A stretch of 64,000 nt of DNA from the human T2T-CHM13v2.0 reference genome, Homo sapiens: the NCBI RefSeq assembly GCF_009914755.1, contig NC_060932.1; one strand, given 5' to 3'. The notes under the pieces were generated by a model. It ran no database searches. It had not been told where the DNA came from and saw only the letters and a list, made by a program, of their open reading frames with translations. Each line of letters starts with the position of its first letter. The stretch's first letter is position 1. Shown here in pieces: positions 1-17,440 of this stretch. The position numbers and the translations under genes were made by a program.

Positions 1-2160
1 TTCAACTAAACACATTTAGAACTAGGAAATAGACTGCAACTACTGAATATATTTCAACATGTCATTAGGGAGAGCTCACTAGAAGAGAAGGGAAAGCAAG
101 TTGGTGAGGAAGGGGATCTCGTGTCTTTAAAGGAATTAAAAATATGAGACTCCACAGTTTCATATGTGACTCTGTGGATGACCTTACGTGGATGAAGGTT
201 GACAGAAGATCAATTTCCCACAGGCTTTGAATTCTATCCACATGTCTTTATTAGAGTCTATGATATTGAAAAGAAAGCCATTCAAAGGGGTGAGGCCATA
301 GGGATAGCAACATTGTGCTGCCCAGTTGGGTGCATGCCTATGGGGCTGCATCTGCCCAGCGGGGGCACCATTTTCTAATTCTTGAATAAGCTGGCACCAG
401 CCATGCTTTAGGCTGGGGAAGGGTGAACACTGAGGTGAGGGTGAGGTATTTTCCTGTGACTGAACAGTTAATTTGGCTTTCAGCTTGGAAAGGGAGGACA
501 AAAGAAGAAAGAAAGCTTCTCCAGGTAGTTCTGAAAATGAACAATCTCATATATGTACAAAGAGTTCACAAACTTGATCAACCTCAATTCAGTTTAATTT
601 TTTGCTTCAATCACCACCTTCAAATATTCTCTGTAAAATTTTCTTTGTTCTTTAGTGATTTTGAGTGCATTTCATTGCTTTGTGGTCACTTTCAATTTTC
701 ATGAAGTCCTCTTTAATGCATACAACTCATATCCTACTTGATGTTTGTTTCCTCTTCTATCCTCCTCCCACTAGGCTGGAGGGCCCTGCAGTGGGCAGGG
801 ACAGTGGCCTCTTATTTTGAATCATTCTTTTACTTTTCTGGTTCTTGTGTTGCATTAGGGAGGCGGATACAGATGGGACATGGCTGTCTTATTTATCTGG
901 CCATAGATATAATCCTTCCATTATTTCCTCTTCTTTGGGTAACACTGACAGCAACTTGATACACTCTCTGGAACTGACGCTGATCTGCCGGCTCTACAGG
1001 GCACAGGGATGGGCTCTTCAGGGGGCTGTGAGTGGGAGAAGGGTGTTTCTCACTGCACAGTTGCCTGTATAGGAATTCTGCTATAGCCCTGCTGTTTGCC
1101 AACTCCTTTCCAGCTCTTGACCCCAGCAGTAAACCCCACAGACTCCTGGTGCTGGAGCAACTCCCAAGCAGCCAGTCTTCTCAAGTGGGATTCCAGTAAG
1201 ATAGTTCCAGCATGGGTCTGAGGGCAGGCTGTTCATATTCCTTTCCTTTGACTTTCTTGTTGTCTTCCTTTATTCCCCCAACCCCACCCCCCTTCTGAAA
1301 AGGGAAGACCAGCCAGTCTGTTGATCTAAATAACTATTAAAAGTGATGTCTGTATAATGGTAAATGAGATGATGTTCTTTTCTTCTTGAAGGTCCGTCAA
1401 TGTTTGTAGACGATTCACTTCAACTTTCTTTCATTTTCCTTTGGAGAGGTATAAGCACTTCCTGTACTCCACATTTTGTTCAAAGATGGGTGGCAAATGG
1501 CCAGCACTCTCCTTTAAAGTCGACAACTAGTGATTCTAACAATTGTATCTTTTTTCCTCTCCTCAATTTCTAGTCTTCTGTTTATATAGACTGAGGTCTG
1601 AAGGAGCTGTGGTTAAGAAGAGGTTGCAAAGTACCAGACCTGGCAGAAACTTCTGGTTCCAATTACTTGAAACCCCCTTTACAATGTGGGTTCTTTGACA
1701 CCTCTTATGGATCGACAATTAAAACCTCACTCAGTATACTATTGTGTTAACTTATTTTACGTTGCATATATTATGATTTCTTCTCTCCTTCAATACTGAC
1801 TTTGATGAAAATTTTAACCTGATTACATTGGCCTAAGAGCATTGGCAGGGAAAGCAGATAATTTTGTCTGTGCAGACATGGCTAATCCTGTTAAGCCTGG
1901 GTATAGAGCCAGATTTTTATATAGATGAGCTGGTTTATATGTGGGGGGTGGGTTGGGCAGGGGTCATCTTGTTGAAAAGGAGAGGGTATTGAATTCTCAT
2001 TTATAGAATCCTTTATACTTTGTTGAGATAACATCAATTGTCAAAGAAGGGGAGGCTCTGTGGAAATTATGAGGGTAGGAGGAGGGTTGTAAAGCTCCCT
2101 AATGCCCTTATGGTTACTACTGTAGCCCCAGGCAATGAGAGAAAAGTATCTCTGGGCACC

Positions 2161-2612
2161 TATATTAGTCCTATATTAGAATAAAAGATATTACATTCTA
2201 ATGGGTAATTGAGGAGACTTTAATAAAGGAACTATTTGTAAGATGTGGGAAGCCAACAGGCACAAGGAAGCACATGATAGCCAGCAACAGCAGGAAGCCA
2301 TTAGAGGAAGGAGAGGGAAAGTTTACCAGGACCCAGAGAGAGCCATAGCCAACGCTATAGAAAAGAAAATGAGTCACTGCCAACTTATGACCTAGCAGAG
2401 AGAGAACTGATGCCTTTCTCTTCCTTGCCTCTGACCTCCTGCTGGTACCTCTTATTGGGTGAACTGGACTTGTATCCAACTGGAAGCCACAGGGAAGAGA
2501 AGCCACGGAGGCAGTCCATAAAAGTCAGTTACCTTGGGGGGATGTCAGCAGGCCACCAGGGTGGAGAAAGGTGGAGAGAGAGTCTGCAGGGGCAAGTGGA
2601 AAGTAACTGCCA
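2161..2612 (-). mobile_element. Old ERVL solo LTR (LTR33/LTR41-like)
   Basis: Contains recalled LTR33/41-type blocks in reverse, e.g. aatgggtaattgaggagactttaataaagg and cctctgacctcctgctggtacctcttattgg...caactggaagccacaggg. Heavily diverged. Confidence 0.6.
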
Positions 2613-5600
2613 TAGACCCACTTCTTGCCTAGAGAAAGCCTGTTTGCTGACAGATTATTCTATCACATGTCTCATGCTAGAGTGAGTCTCTGACTTTTAC
2701 GCCACCTGCAATCAGGACAACTTTTCATGATTTTGTGCTTCTAGGCAGAAATTTTCACAATTCGGCACATCCTCAGGTATTCCTCATATATGCATCAATG
2801 TTCTGGAAACAAAAACAGATAATAGGCCATTCATCACTTGGCTGAGCTCAATCCTGCTCTCAGTTGACCCTTATTTCATTCATTTTATTCAAGACTGGAC
2901 CTCTATTCCTTTTCCCCTTTCTTTGCCCAAGGTAGCCATCATCAATTGATCTTTGCTTCCTTCCCTGATGAGCTAAGATACAGCCTCAGAATCTTTCTTA
3001 ACCTACTGCTCTAGCATCAAAATAAATCAACTGGAGTTGATGTAGAGGGTGAAAGCATCTTTTATCCATGTTCTATGGGTTTCCTTAAATGTTTTCTTAT
3101 TTTATTTAACAGATTCCTTCCCATTTACCCTGGAAAACATTTACTATACCCACTGAGTTTTTTGGTTTTGTTTTTACCATATGGAATAACAGCCAGATTA
3201 TCATTAATTAGAAGACCTTTTTTTGAGTTTTCTAAATATCAGGGTCTTACCCCTTCACTTTTACTATAAGTTTATTTTCCTTTGCCTTGCATAGGCCCAG
3301 CATTCCATCCTTTGTTTTCCTTTCCTCACTATGGGGCTACACTTTCCCTGCCAGACTCTGATTGGAGTTTTGTTTCTCTCACTTAGAAGAGGCTGTTTCC
3401 ATACGAGGATCCATAATAACAACATTGCCTCATATTTATAGGATTCTTTGGAATGCACAAAATACTTGCATATATATTTATGAACTTCTTTCTGATTGAA
3501 GGCAACATTTGGTGATATAATTAGAGGATCTTGGATCTTTGGTTTATGGGACTATATTACTCTTCAGAGTCTCTTATTATCTTACTATGGCTTTTAGTCA
3601 CCTTCTTGAGAAAAATACCTTTCTACCCACAAAATCTTTCTTTTTTCCTCATGTATATTTATTCAGTTACATAGGTAATTTTTGTTTTAGAGTGTTAGTC
3701 AAAGGAAGTAAGCCTTTAGAAAAATAAATGTGTAAAACAAACCGCCGATTTAGAAATCGAACTATAAATACTTTCTTCTTCCAAGATGATATTCAACAAT
3801 TGAACTTATGTAAACCAAAGTTCATGTATGCATTTTCTAGCAATTTACTCATGATTTCAGAAACTTACAGTCACTTTTAATATGTGGTTTTTTTTTTGAG
3901 AAGTGTTCTTTTTGAGGATATTAATGTTCTAATCCCTTCTTTTTTCTTAAAGAGGAAATAGCTTGACACATTTCAGCTGGTCCTTAGAGAATGAAATTTA
4001 CTACAGATGAAATTTACTACATTTCCTGTGGTATATTTTATAGGGGTCTTTTTTAAAAAAAAAGAAAAACTTTTTTACCTTTTTAAAGCCTGCAGCACCA
4101 ATGTCTTTCCTCCTGGACATAATTTCTCCAGGTGTTCAGGCTGAGCTTGTAAAGCCTTCTACCATCATGAGCCTCTCTTTAAACTGGAAGCCTTCCTGAA
4201 ATTTTTAAAATAATGAGGCCTCACCAGGCAAATTTATGATAAGGTTCCTTTTCCTCTCAGCCAAACCCACTGAACCTCCCATCAATTCATAATTGGTCAT
4301 TGGCCTGTAAGACAATGGTAATAAACAACAGAAAGTGTTTCCTAGGTGTTCTGATCTTTTTATGAGAAAGAGGAAATGACCAAGTGATTTCACCTTAGTC
4401 TATGAAGTCAAGGGATATCTTGTGATGACATTATTAATCTCGAGTCTAGATTCTGGCTTCTCTCTGCTACCCCCCTCCCCTCTGCTTTTTTCCCCCAGAC
4501 CTTTGCTTCCTTTACCCAATGCCTATGAAGCCAATCCCTGTGGTATCTTACCTTGGAAATAGACAGAGAAAAATAAGAGTTAAAATTAGAGGGTTTTTTT
4601 TTGTTTTTTGTTTTTTTTTGTTTGCATCTATTAGTGTTCCTTCTGTTTTCTGAGGGGTTTCCAGAGCATGGTTAGTGCAGAGTCTGCAGCTTTAACATTC
4701 TTATGGCGTCTTGTCTCTTCTATAATTCAGGGCTACTAAAGCCCCAGGGAGTGTCTTTAAAACAGGAAGTTGCTCAAGCAAATTATTATCTTTAGGAGGA
4801 CAGATCTATGGCCAAAATGTTGCAAAGGCCAACTGCCTGTTCTTCAGGGAGGCCAGCAGACAGAGGCACACTTCAGGAGCAGAGGAACTAAACATGCAAG
4901 GCTTCTGCTTTCTCTCGTCTCTCTCTTACCCCTTAGAGAAGCCGCTGGCTGAACTAAAAATAAGTCACTTAAACTAAGTTGTTAAAGAGTCATCGTACTC
5001 AATTGGGTTTACTCATATTTTTCAGTAAAGCCATAAATGGTTATAAACACACTCTTCATTTTTCCCTCTATGTTCCTACCTTGCTCATGGTTCAGTGGCG
5101 AGCTTCACGAAGGCTTTTCATTCAAGTTTGACTTCTTTTTCCGCTTCATTTGTTGCCGAGAGCTCCAACTCATATGTGCTCATGCAGTTGGCTCCTGCTT
5201 TTCAGGGCTTCTGGGAGGCAGCCAGAGAGCTCAGGTGAGGAGTTAAAACATTTTGATTAAGTGTAGCCAATACCTCTGCTGCACTTGGCCTGCTTTGATT
5301 TAAAACATTCCTGAATCTTATTTCCCATAGCCCATGACAAAAAATAGGATGTACAGGGAGATCCATACTGAAACTCCCCGTACTAAAGTTGGGAAGGATA
5401 TACATGGATTTAAGATTCAGTGAGATTCAGTGTTAACATTTCTTCCAGAGTAAAATGGAACATTTTATTTCACAGAATCATGAGAAAGTAAACAACAAAA
5501 TATATGATTTGTCATAAATGTCTCTGTTGGCCCTCTGATCTGGGATGAACATGCTATGTGGGTTATGTGCTCCTGGAGTGCAAGGGCATGCCATAGGTTG

Positions 5601-6566
5601 CATTTCTGCTGTGGGACCACTATAAGGCATGGCACACAGTGGGCATGCAAGAAATGCTCGTTAAGTAAATACCTGCATAACAAAGTGAGTTAGTATTAAA
5701 CCCCAAATGCCTTTAGGCAATGGTTATAGGAAAGAGAAGTAAAAAAGTAAGAAGTGAAAAAAAAACCCTCCATTCAATTCAGTTTCTCCAAGATAAGTGG
5801 ACAAGTGATCTTCAGTAGAAGATGAACCTGAGGTTCCAGATTCTTCCAAATTCATTCCACTTACAATTTTTGAGGTAAAAAGCTTCTTTTAAAAACAAAG
5901 TATAACACTGTGAAAACACTAAATGTTTGATGTGGAAGCCTTTTCAACATCAGTAAAAAGAACAAAATCTTTTAGTATTTCAAAAACAGGGAAATGGTTT
6001 TAGATTTCCTTGAACATTTTAGAATTTAAAAGAATTGCCCATACATGAATAAAATCAGATTTTCATCAAAAGGCTTTTAAGCAAAACTTCACACTTTTCT
6101 CCATAAAACAAAACAAATATTTTTCAGAGTAATATTCTCTTACACAAAAGATTTTCACAAATCATTAGAGTGTTCCATGTCAGGAAAATAAAATTCAAAA
6201 TTATTCAGTAAAGTATTTTTCTTTCATTTTTTATTGCTACTATGAATAAGAAAGCATTAAAGAGGATGAATGACTACAGATGAAAGTTAGCCTGCCAAAC
6301 ATAAAGAAAAAAAATTCTTTTAATGTTTTGGTCACGAACTCTGACAATGATAAACCACTTTTCAACAGCTGCAGACAGCTGTTAAAGTCTGGAGCCTAAA
6401 ACGCTTAATTGGGGAAGTGTGTTAAAAGTTAAAGGGCCAGAGTCCTTCTAGGTTATGTGAAGACTGTCTTTGACAGACTATAATATTGATTTCCAAGGTT
6501 ACAGAAAGAACATTTTTTCTCTACATTCATTAAACTAAAAATTTTAGTTTGCCAAATGTAAAGTAT

Positions 6567-6596
6567 GATAGATATAGATATATAGATATAGAAATA
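6567..6596. repeat. (GATATA)n microsatellite
   Basis: gatagatatagatatagatatagaaata is directly visible. Confidence 0.85.
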
Positions 6597-7080
6597 TTAA
6601 TATCCAGAAATTGACATAGATACAGACTGAAAATAAGAGGCAGTGAACAATATAAGACGACACTCAAACTCACATTTGGTGATGAGATCAAGATTACTTG
6701 TACTCTTTTATTTCAGATGTTTGAACTGGCAACTCCTAGTCACTTAATGTGGGCATTATTAGAATTAATAAATTTGCTCAGGTTTAACTATTTAGTGATG
6801 ATTGCCAACCCTACTCAAATTAGCAAAGTAGAAAATTTAAACATTTTGAATACTTTTTGTGTGTGTTCCTTGGTTTTTATTTTGACAATGTTTGGGCAGT
6901 GAGATACCTCAGTTAGTTTAGAGATTTCTTCACTTCAAATCTGTCTTCATTAGGATATTTCAAACCCATTTGCAGACATAATATTTTTTCAAGACTCACA
7001 ATTGCTGAAATAGCATCCTTTCAAAGTAGCCTTTGTTGATTGCACGTGGCTTTTATTTCCAAAGTGTATTCTGAAGTAAA

Positions 7081-7797
7081 ATACATATATACATATTTAT
7101 ATAAATATATATTATATTTATATAAATATATTTTATTATATAAATATTTATATAAATGTATTTATATAAATATATTTTATTATATAATATATTTTATTAC
7201 ATAAATATTTATATAAATATATATTTATATAAATATATTTTATTATATAAATATTTATATAAACATATATTTATATAAATATATTTTATTATATATTTAT
7301 ATAAATATATGTTTATATAAATATATTTTATTACATAATTATTCATATAAATATATATTTATATAAATATATCTTATAATATATATTTATATAAATATAT
7401 TTTATTATAATATATATTTATATAAATATATTTTATTATAATATATATTTATATAAATATATTTTATTATAATATATATTTATATAAATATATTTTATTA
7501 TATAAATATTTATATAAATATATTTTATTATATAAATATTTATATAATGTATTATATTTATATAAATATTTATATAATGTATTATATTATATAAATATTT
7601 ATATAATGTATTATATTATATTATATAAATATTTATATAAATGTATTATATTATATTGTATAAATAAATATAAATATTACATTTATATAAATATGAGATA
7701 TTTATATCATATTTATACAAATGTGATATATATATACAAATGTGTTATATTTATATAAATATTTATATAATATATATTTACATATAAATATATATAT
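7081..7797. repeat. AT-rich minisatellite/low-complexity tract with palindromic cores
   Basis: About 720 bp, almost entirely A/T. Repeated perfect palindrome ATATTTATATAAATAT, with ~29-bp units around 7380-7500. Confidence 0.95.
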
Positions 7798-8526
7798 TCT
7801 GCTAACCTCTGAAATAGTTGATCTGATGGTTTTACTTTATTTTTGCCATGGGTACCAAGTGTGTAAAGTTAAACATCATATATCTGTTTGAAGAGGGACA
7901 TTTCCCATTGAGTAACTGTCGGTAGGTCATTTCTCCTCTGTAAAACTCCTGACATTCAGGAAAGGGAGTAGTTCTGTTTCACACTCCGTAGCAAAGGTGA
8001 TCTCTGGGAATTGTTTGCTGAGTAATTTGTTGTTACACAATACATCATTTTTATTGGTAATAAGGCAGATGTCACCAACAGCGCAGTTTGTCCAAGGCTA
8101 GCTCTGAAATTTCCTTTAAGACATTGTGCTCCCAATCAGGCAGAAAATTGTCGTCAGCTATGGCAGATTGAAAGATCACATTGCAGTGTCCAAGGACTGT
8201 TTATGACTTTACCAGCTATACACAGAGTGGGTGGTGAAGAGTGGCCTTGAATAAGAGTATTTGTTCCAGTTATGATGAATCTGGAAACATGATTCCTCTT
8301 TGTAGTGTATAAAATTTTGGCAGAAATGTATCATAAAAATATGTTGTGTAAAGTTTGTATTTTGTGAAACAGATGGATTGATATCAGGGATAGAAAAATA
8401 AAAAAGACACCCACACATCAGTAAAGGTCTTTATATAAATTTTCTATTTGAAGCAATTCTTTGTATTGCTCTAAAAGATTCCAGGATGAATGACTGTAAA
8501 TTAAATCTCTTCATTGTTAATTTTAA

Positions 8527-8742
<216 letters not shown>

Positions 8743-8931
8743 TAGGGTACATGTGCACAATGTGCAGGTTAGTTACATATGTATACATGTGCCATGCTGG
8801 TGTGCTGCACCCATTAACTCATCATTTAGCATTAGGTATATCTCCTAATGCTATCCGTCCCCCCTCCCCCTACCCCACAACAGGCCCCAGAGTGTGATGT
8901 TCCCCTTCCTGTGTCCATGTGTTCTCATTGT

Positions 8932-12731
<3,800 letters not shown>

Positions 12732-12779
12732 TTATTTTGCTCGTTAGTTGATGCAGTTTCTTCCTAGTCTCGATGGTCT

Positions 12780-13720
12780 TTACATTTTGGCATGATTTTG
12801 CAGTGGCTTGTACCGGTTGTTCCTTTCCATGTTTAGTGTTTCCTTCAGGAGCTCTTTTAGGGCAGGCCTGGTGGTGACAAAATCTCTCAGCATTTGCTTG
12901 TCTGTAAAGGATTTTATTTCTCCTTCACTTATGAAGCTTAGTTTGGCTGGATATGAAATTCTGTGTTGAAAATTCTTTTCTTTAAGAATGTTGAATATTG
13001 GCCCCCACTCTCTTCTGGCTTGTAGGGTTTCTGCCGAGAGATCCACTGTTAGTCTGATGGGCTTCCCTTTGTGGGTAACCCGGCCTTTCTCTCTGGCTGC
13101 CCTTAACATTTTTTCCTTCATTTCAACTTTGGTGAATCTGACAATTATGTGTCTTGGAGTTGCTCTTCTCGAGGAGTATCTTTGTGGCGTTCTCTGTATT
13201 TCCTGAATGTGAATGTTGGCCTGCCTTGCTAGATTGGGGAAGTTCTCCTGGATAATATCCTGCAGAGTGTTTTCCAACTTGGTTCCATTCTCCCCATCCC
13301 TTTCAGGTACACCAATCAGAGGCAGATTTGGTCTTTTCACATAGTCCCATATTTCTTGGAGGCTTTGTTCATTTCTTTTTATTCTTTTTTCTCTAAACTT
13401 CCCTTCTCGCTTCATTTCATTCATTTCATCTTCCATCACTGATACCCTTTCTTCCAGTTGATCGCATTGGCTCCTGAGGCTTCTGCATTCTTCACGTAGT
13501 TCTCGAGCCTTGGCTTTCAGCTCCATCAGCTACTTTAAGCACTTCTCTGTATTGGTTATTCTAGTTATACATTCATCTAAATTTTTTTCAAAGTTTTCAA
13601 CTTCTTTGCCTTTGGTTTGAATTTCCGCCTGTAGCTCGGAGTAGTTTGATCGTCTGAAGCCTTCTTCTCTCAACTCGTCAAAGTCATTCTCTGTCCAGCT
13701 TTGTTCCATTGCTGGTGAGG
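12780..13720 (-). pseudogene. L1 ORF1 remnant (N-terminus missing, internal stop)
   Basis: ORF 12780-13526 translates as L1 ORF1p (RPNL..IGVPE, REWGPIFNILKEKNFQ). Upstream TAG near 13530; the element ends near codon 26. Confidence 0.95.
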
Positions 13721-13838
13721 TAGAGATGGGGTTTTATCATCTTGGCCAGGCTGGTCTTGGACTCCTGACCTCAGGTGATCCACCTGCCTCAGCCTCCCAA
13801 AGTGCTGGGATTACAGACTTGAGCCACTGCGCCTGTCC
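13721..13838 (-). mobile_element. AluS left arm
   Basis: tagagatgggg...ctcctgacctcaggtgatccacctgcctcagcctcccaaagtgctgggattaca...gcctgtcc. Confidence 0.92.
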
Positions 13839-14017
13839 AAGGTATCATGATTTCTACTGTAGCACTTTAAAAAAGCTCAAGCCCACTTCAAATTTGGGAT
13901 AATATTGTATCAATATTCTGCACTAAATTTTAAACTTTACTTTTCCATAAATTTGTAAGGAACTTATGCCAATACTCAAATAACTAATTGTAGGAGAGTT
14001 GGATTATAAATTTAATG

Positions 14018-14450
14018 TATTGGAATCAACCTAAATGCCCATCAATGGTAGAATGGATAAAGAAAATATGGTACATATACACCATGGAATACTATGTAGC
14101 CATAAAAAAGACTGAGATAATGTCCTTTACAGGAACATGGATGGAGTTGGAGGCCATTATCCTTAGCAAACTAATGCAGGAACAGAACACCAAATAGCAC
14201 ATGTTCTCACTTATAAGTGGGAGCTAAATGATGCGAACACATGGACACATAGAGAGGAACAACACACACTGGGGCCTATTGGAGGGTAGAGGGTGGGAGG
14301 AAGGAGAGGATCAGAAAAAATAACTAGTGGGTATTAGGCTTAATAACTGGGTGATGAAATAATCTGTATAACAAATTCTCATGACACAAGTTTATTTATA
14401 TAAGAAACTTGCATATATATCCCTGAACTTAAAAGTTAAACTTTAAAAAA
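14018..14450 (+). mobile_element. Older L1 3' end (L1PA15/16- or L1PB-like)
   Basis: WNQPKCPS..WIKKIWYIYTMEYY ORF2 C-terminus, then 3'UTR ending aaaagttaaactttaaaaaa. Confidence 0.9.
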
Positions 14451-14589
14451 TAATGAATGCATTTTATGTATTATCACAAGTGTGGTAAGATGGCCCATGT
14501 CTACCATTGTGCCAAACCATACATTCTCTTGTTGCTTCATTATTTACAGTGTGTTGATGACTATGCATTTGCAAAGCCGACACTAACTA

Positions 14590-14985
14590 TTGTAAAGACA
14601 TATACCCTAATACTGCAGTGACTTAATAAAATAAAACTTTGCTTTCTCTCACACCACAGTTCATTGTGGTTGTTCCTGGTCAAGAGTTTCTACCCCAAGT
14701 AGTGATTCAGGGACCCAGGCTTCTTCAGTCCTGCAGTTCCACTATCCTCAATATGTGGCTCCCAAAGTAGCCCAGTGAATGAAATACACTAAGGAAAGTA
14801 GAGAAGGGAGGTGTTTGGGACACACATCCCATTTGCCCACATGCCATTGGTTAGAACTCAATCACACAGTCTTACCTATATGAAAAATATGCTGAAAAAT
14901 GTACTGATTGTATACCCACTTGTCAGCAGCTCCATACTATGAAAGCAGACAGGAAATTTCAGTGGATAGCTAGCCATCTCTGCCA
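14590..14985 (-). mobile_element. MaLR LTR (MLT1J/K/L-like), diverged
   Basis: agtgattcagggacccaggcttcttc, cacatgccattggttagaactcaatcac and gctagccatctctgcca resemble old MLT1 LTRs. Confidence 0.6.
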
Positions 14986-15565
14986 GAGCAGAAAGATTTT
15001 GGGTTCTCACCCTCTCTCTCTTTCAACACCCGACACTTGTTTACTTGTTATAGGGATCACAAAATGAGGCAAGACTTTTGATAAAAATAAATGAAAAGAG
15101 CAAATAAGAAAACTTTTATTTTGTGGAACTTGCTTGACGTTTTGAATTAAGCAGAGTTCTTTGACTGGTTTAGCTTTTAAGATAGTCAGCTTGTTAATGG
15201 CTAAGAATTTAAGGATTGAAAATGAATGTAAGAAAATATTTATACCTATATCCATTTTCCCTCCACCCTCCCCAATCACCAACCAGGCTGCAAGCTCATA
15301 GAGTGAGGCACATTATTCTTCTTAGTGTTCAAAATGTCTAGCACATGGTATCTGCCAAATAATTTTTGAATGTTTGCCTAAGTGCACACGTGGAAGAAGG
15401 AATTGTGGGAGTGAGTACACAAAGAAACTTAGCCTTGTTTCCTGATGGAGACTTTTTCTAAGAATTGGTCGCAAATGAATTAGTTAAAATATTTCTTAAT
15501 CTGATTTTGTTAAAAAGAAAAAAAGTAGGGTACTGGTAAAAATTTAAATTAAAAAATAAACTTTT

Positions 15566-15860
15566 GGCCAACCATTGTGACTCATGCCCCTAATTCCAGC
15601 ATTTTGGGAGGTTGAAGCTGGAAGATCACTTGGGGCCAAGAGTTTGAGATTAGCCTGGCCAACGTAGCAAAACCCCGTCTCTACTAAAAATACAAAAAAG
15701 TAGTGGGGTGTAGTGGCACATGTCTATAGTCCCAGCTACTCGGGAGGCTGAGGCAAGAGAATCGCTTGAGCCTGGGAGGCAGATTACAGTGAGCTGAGGT
15801 CACACCAGTGCACTTAAGCCTGAGCAACAGAGTGAGACTCTGTCTCAAAAAATAAATAAA
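15566..15860 (+). mobile_element. Old Alu (AluJ/early AluS)
   Basis: Full dimer with A-rich linker. Imperfect TSD aaataaactttt / aaataaaccttt. Confidence 0.92.
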
Positions 15861-16899
15861 CCTTTAAAAGATACGTAGGTGCTAGAAGTGAAGCTTCCAG
15901 AAACAAGAAGTAATGAAAGCAAAAAAATTCATTTTCATCATGCAGATTACTAACGCTTATCAAGTTAAAAAATAAGGTATGGCAAAGATTTTGCAAAGGC
16001 ATTTTTAAGTGGTGAACATCAAAAGAGCAATAACTGCAACACTTAGGATGTATGAAAAAATATTTTTTAGAAAACAAACATTTCTACAGCAACAACACAG
16101 ACAATCCAAGAAACTGAAATGCAAATATGTATGCCGAGGCGGGAGAAAGTTGTCATTGATTCCTCAAGGATGAGTCTAAAGATCTAGCTAAGATGTGTAA
16201 GAGTAAAGCTACAGAAAATGGAACGTAATGTTGTGTAGAGGGGAAAAAAAGGACAAATAATAGTGTTTTTATGTATTTACATAGAAAAAGGAATAAATAT
16301 CTTTTAAACAAAAAATTTACCTTAAAATACAAATTAAAGACAATGCTTTTTAAATAAGAAGGAAAATACTTTGTGTAGGAAATCACTTTATACAATCTAG
16401 GTTAAAAATAATTCACCAATGTCTTTGAAAAGGCACTGGCTAGAGACAGGAAAGAACCAGCATTGTGCATAGTTTAGAAAAAAAGTGAAAAATCTTACCT
16501 TTTATTACTAGGTTAATAGGAAAAAGAATCAAAACAAAATCCATTTGCACTCACAGACATTAAGGGTCTACAATAACCAAGAACAAATTCTGTCAGACTG
16601 TGCAAATATCTGCCTAAGAAAAAAACAAAGCCAGTGCATGACTAAGAGAAGGATTTCGCAGCTGCTTTACTCAGCATGTCATTAGCAAACTCAGAAAAGT
16701 ATCTGAGACCACTTACCTTAAGTATTTTCACACCTATAGCTTTGCTTTTTGAGAAAATGAGTGGCAGCAAATCAGTATCAATCTTAGAAACATCACAGTT
16801 GATGTTTTGCAGGTTGGTCCTGCAAAACTCATACTATTTTCAAATGATCTTCCATGCTACTTTTATAGAGAAACCACAGATGAGTCTCACTTGATTTAG

Positions 16900-17440
16900 C
16901 AGCTATCCTGCCACCACTCCTTCATAGCACTTATCTTGATTGTAATTTAAATCGCTGTTGGATGTGTTGATGTGTTTAATATCTATCTGCCCCACTAGAC
17001 TCCTGTCTCGTTTATTGCTATATTTCCAGTACCAAACATGGTCTCTGGCATATAATAGACTCCCAGTAAGAGCTTCTTAAGTGGAGGAATGATCTGAGGG
17101 CTGAAGAATGTTCTACCCTTCACTTCGTTAACCCCTTCTCATCTCTCAGATATTGACTTAACGGTGGCTTTCTCAGGGAAGCTTTCCTTGCTCCTCTCGA
17201 CTAGGCCAAATCTACTTGAGAAATGGTCCCTTAGCCCTGTATTCTTTCACTGCTCTGGTCAAAGTTGCAATTTGACATTTATGTAATTATTTGATTATCT
17301 CTTTCTTCAATAATCTATAAGCTTTATGAGGGTAATTTATTTTATTCATAGAACCTAGCATAGTAATCAGCCTATAGTTGGCTTTTAATTAATGTAATTC
17401 TTCAGCATATAAGTGGTTCAAATAAAAGAATGAAGGAACA
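16900..17440 (+). mobile_element. L2 3'-end fragments (two)
   Basis: catagcacttatc...cccactagac...tggcatataatag and ctcagggaagctttcc...tctataagctttatgaggg...acctagcatag. Boundaries approximate. Confidence 0.55.

Noticed and set aside
6706-6902. Acceptor ttttatttcag followed by a 61-aa ATG ORF
   Set aside because: No convincing donor and no recognisable protein similarity.
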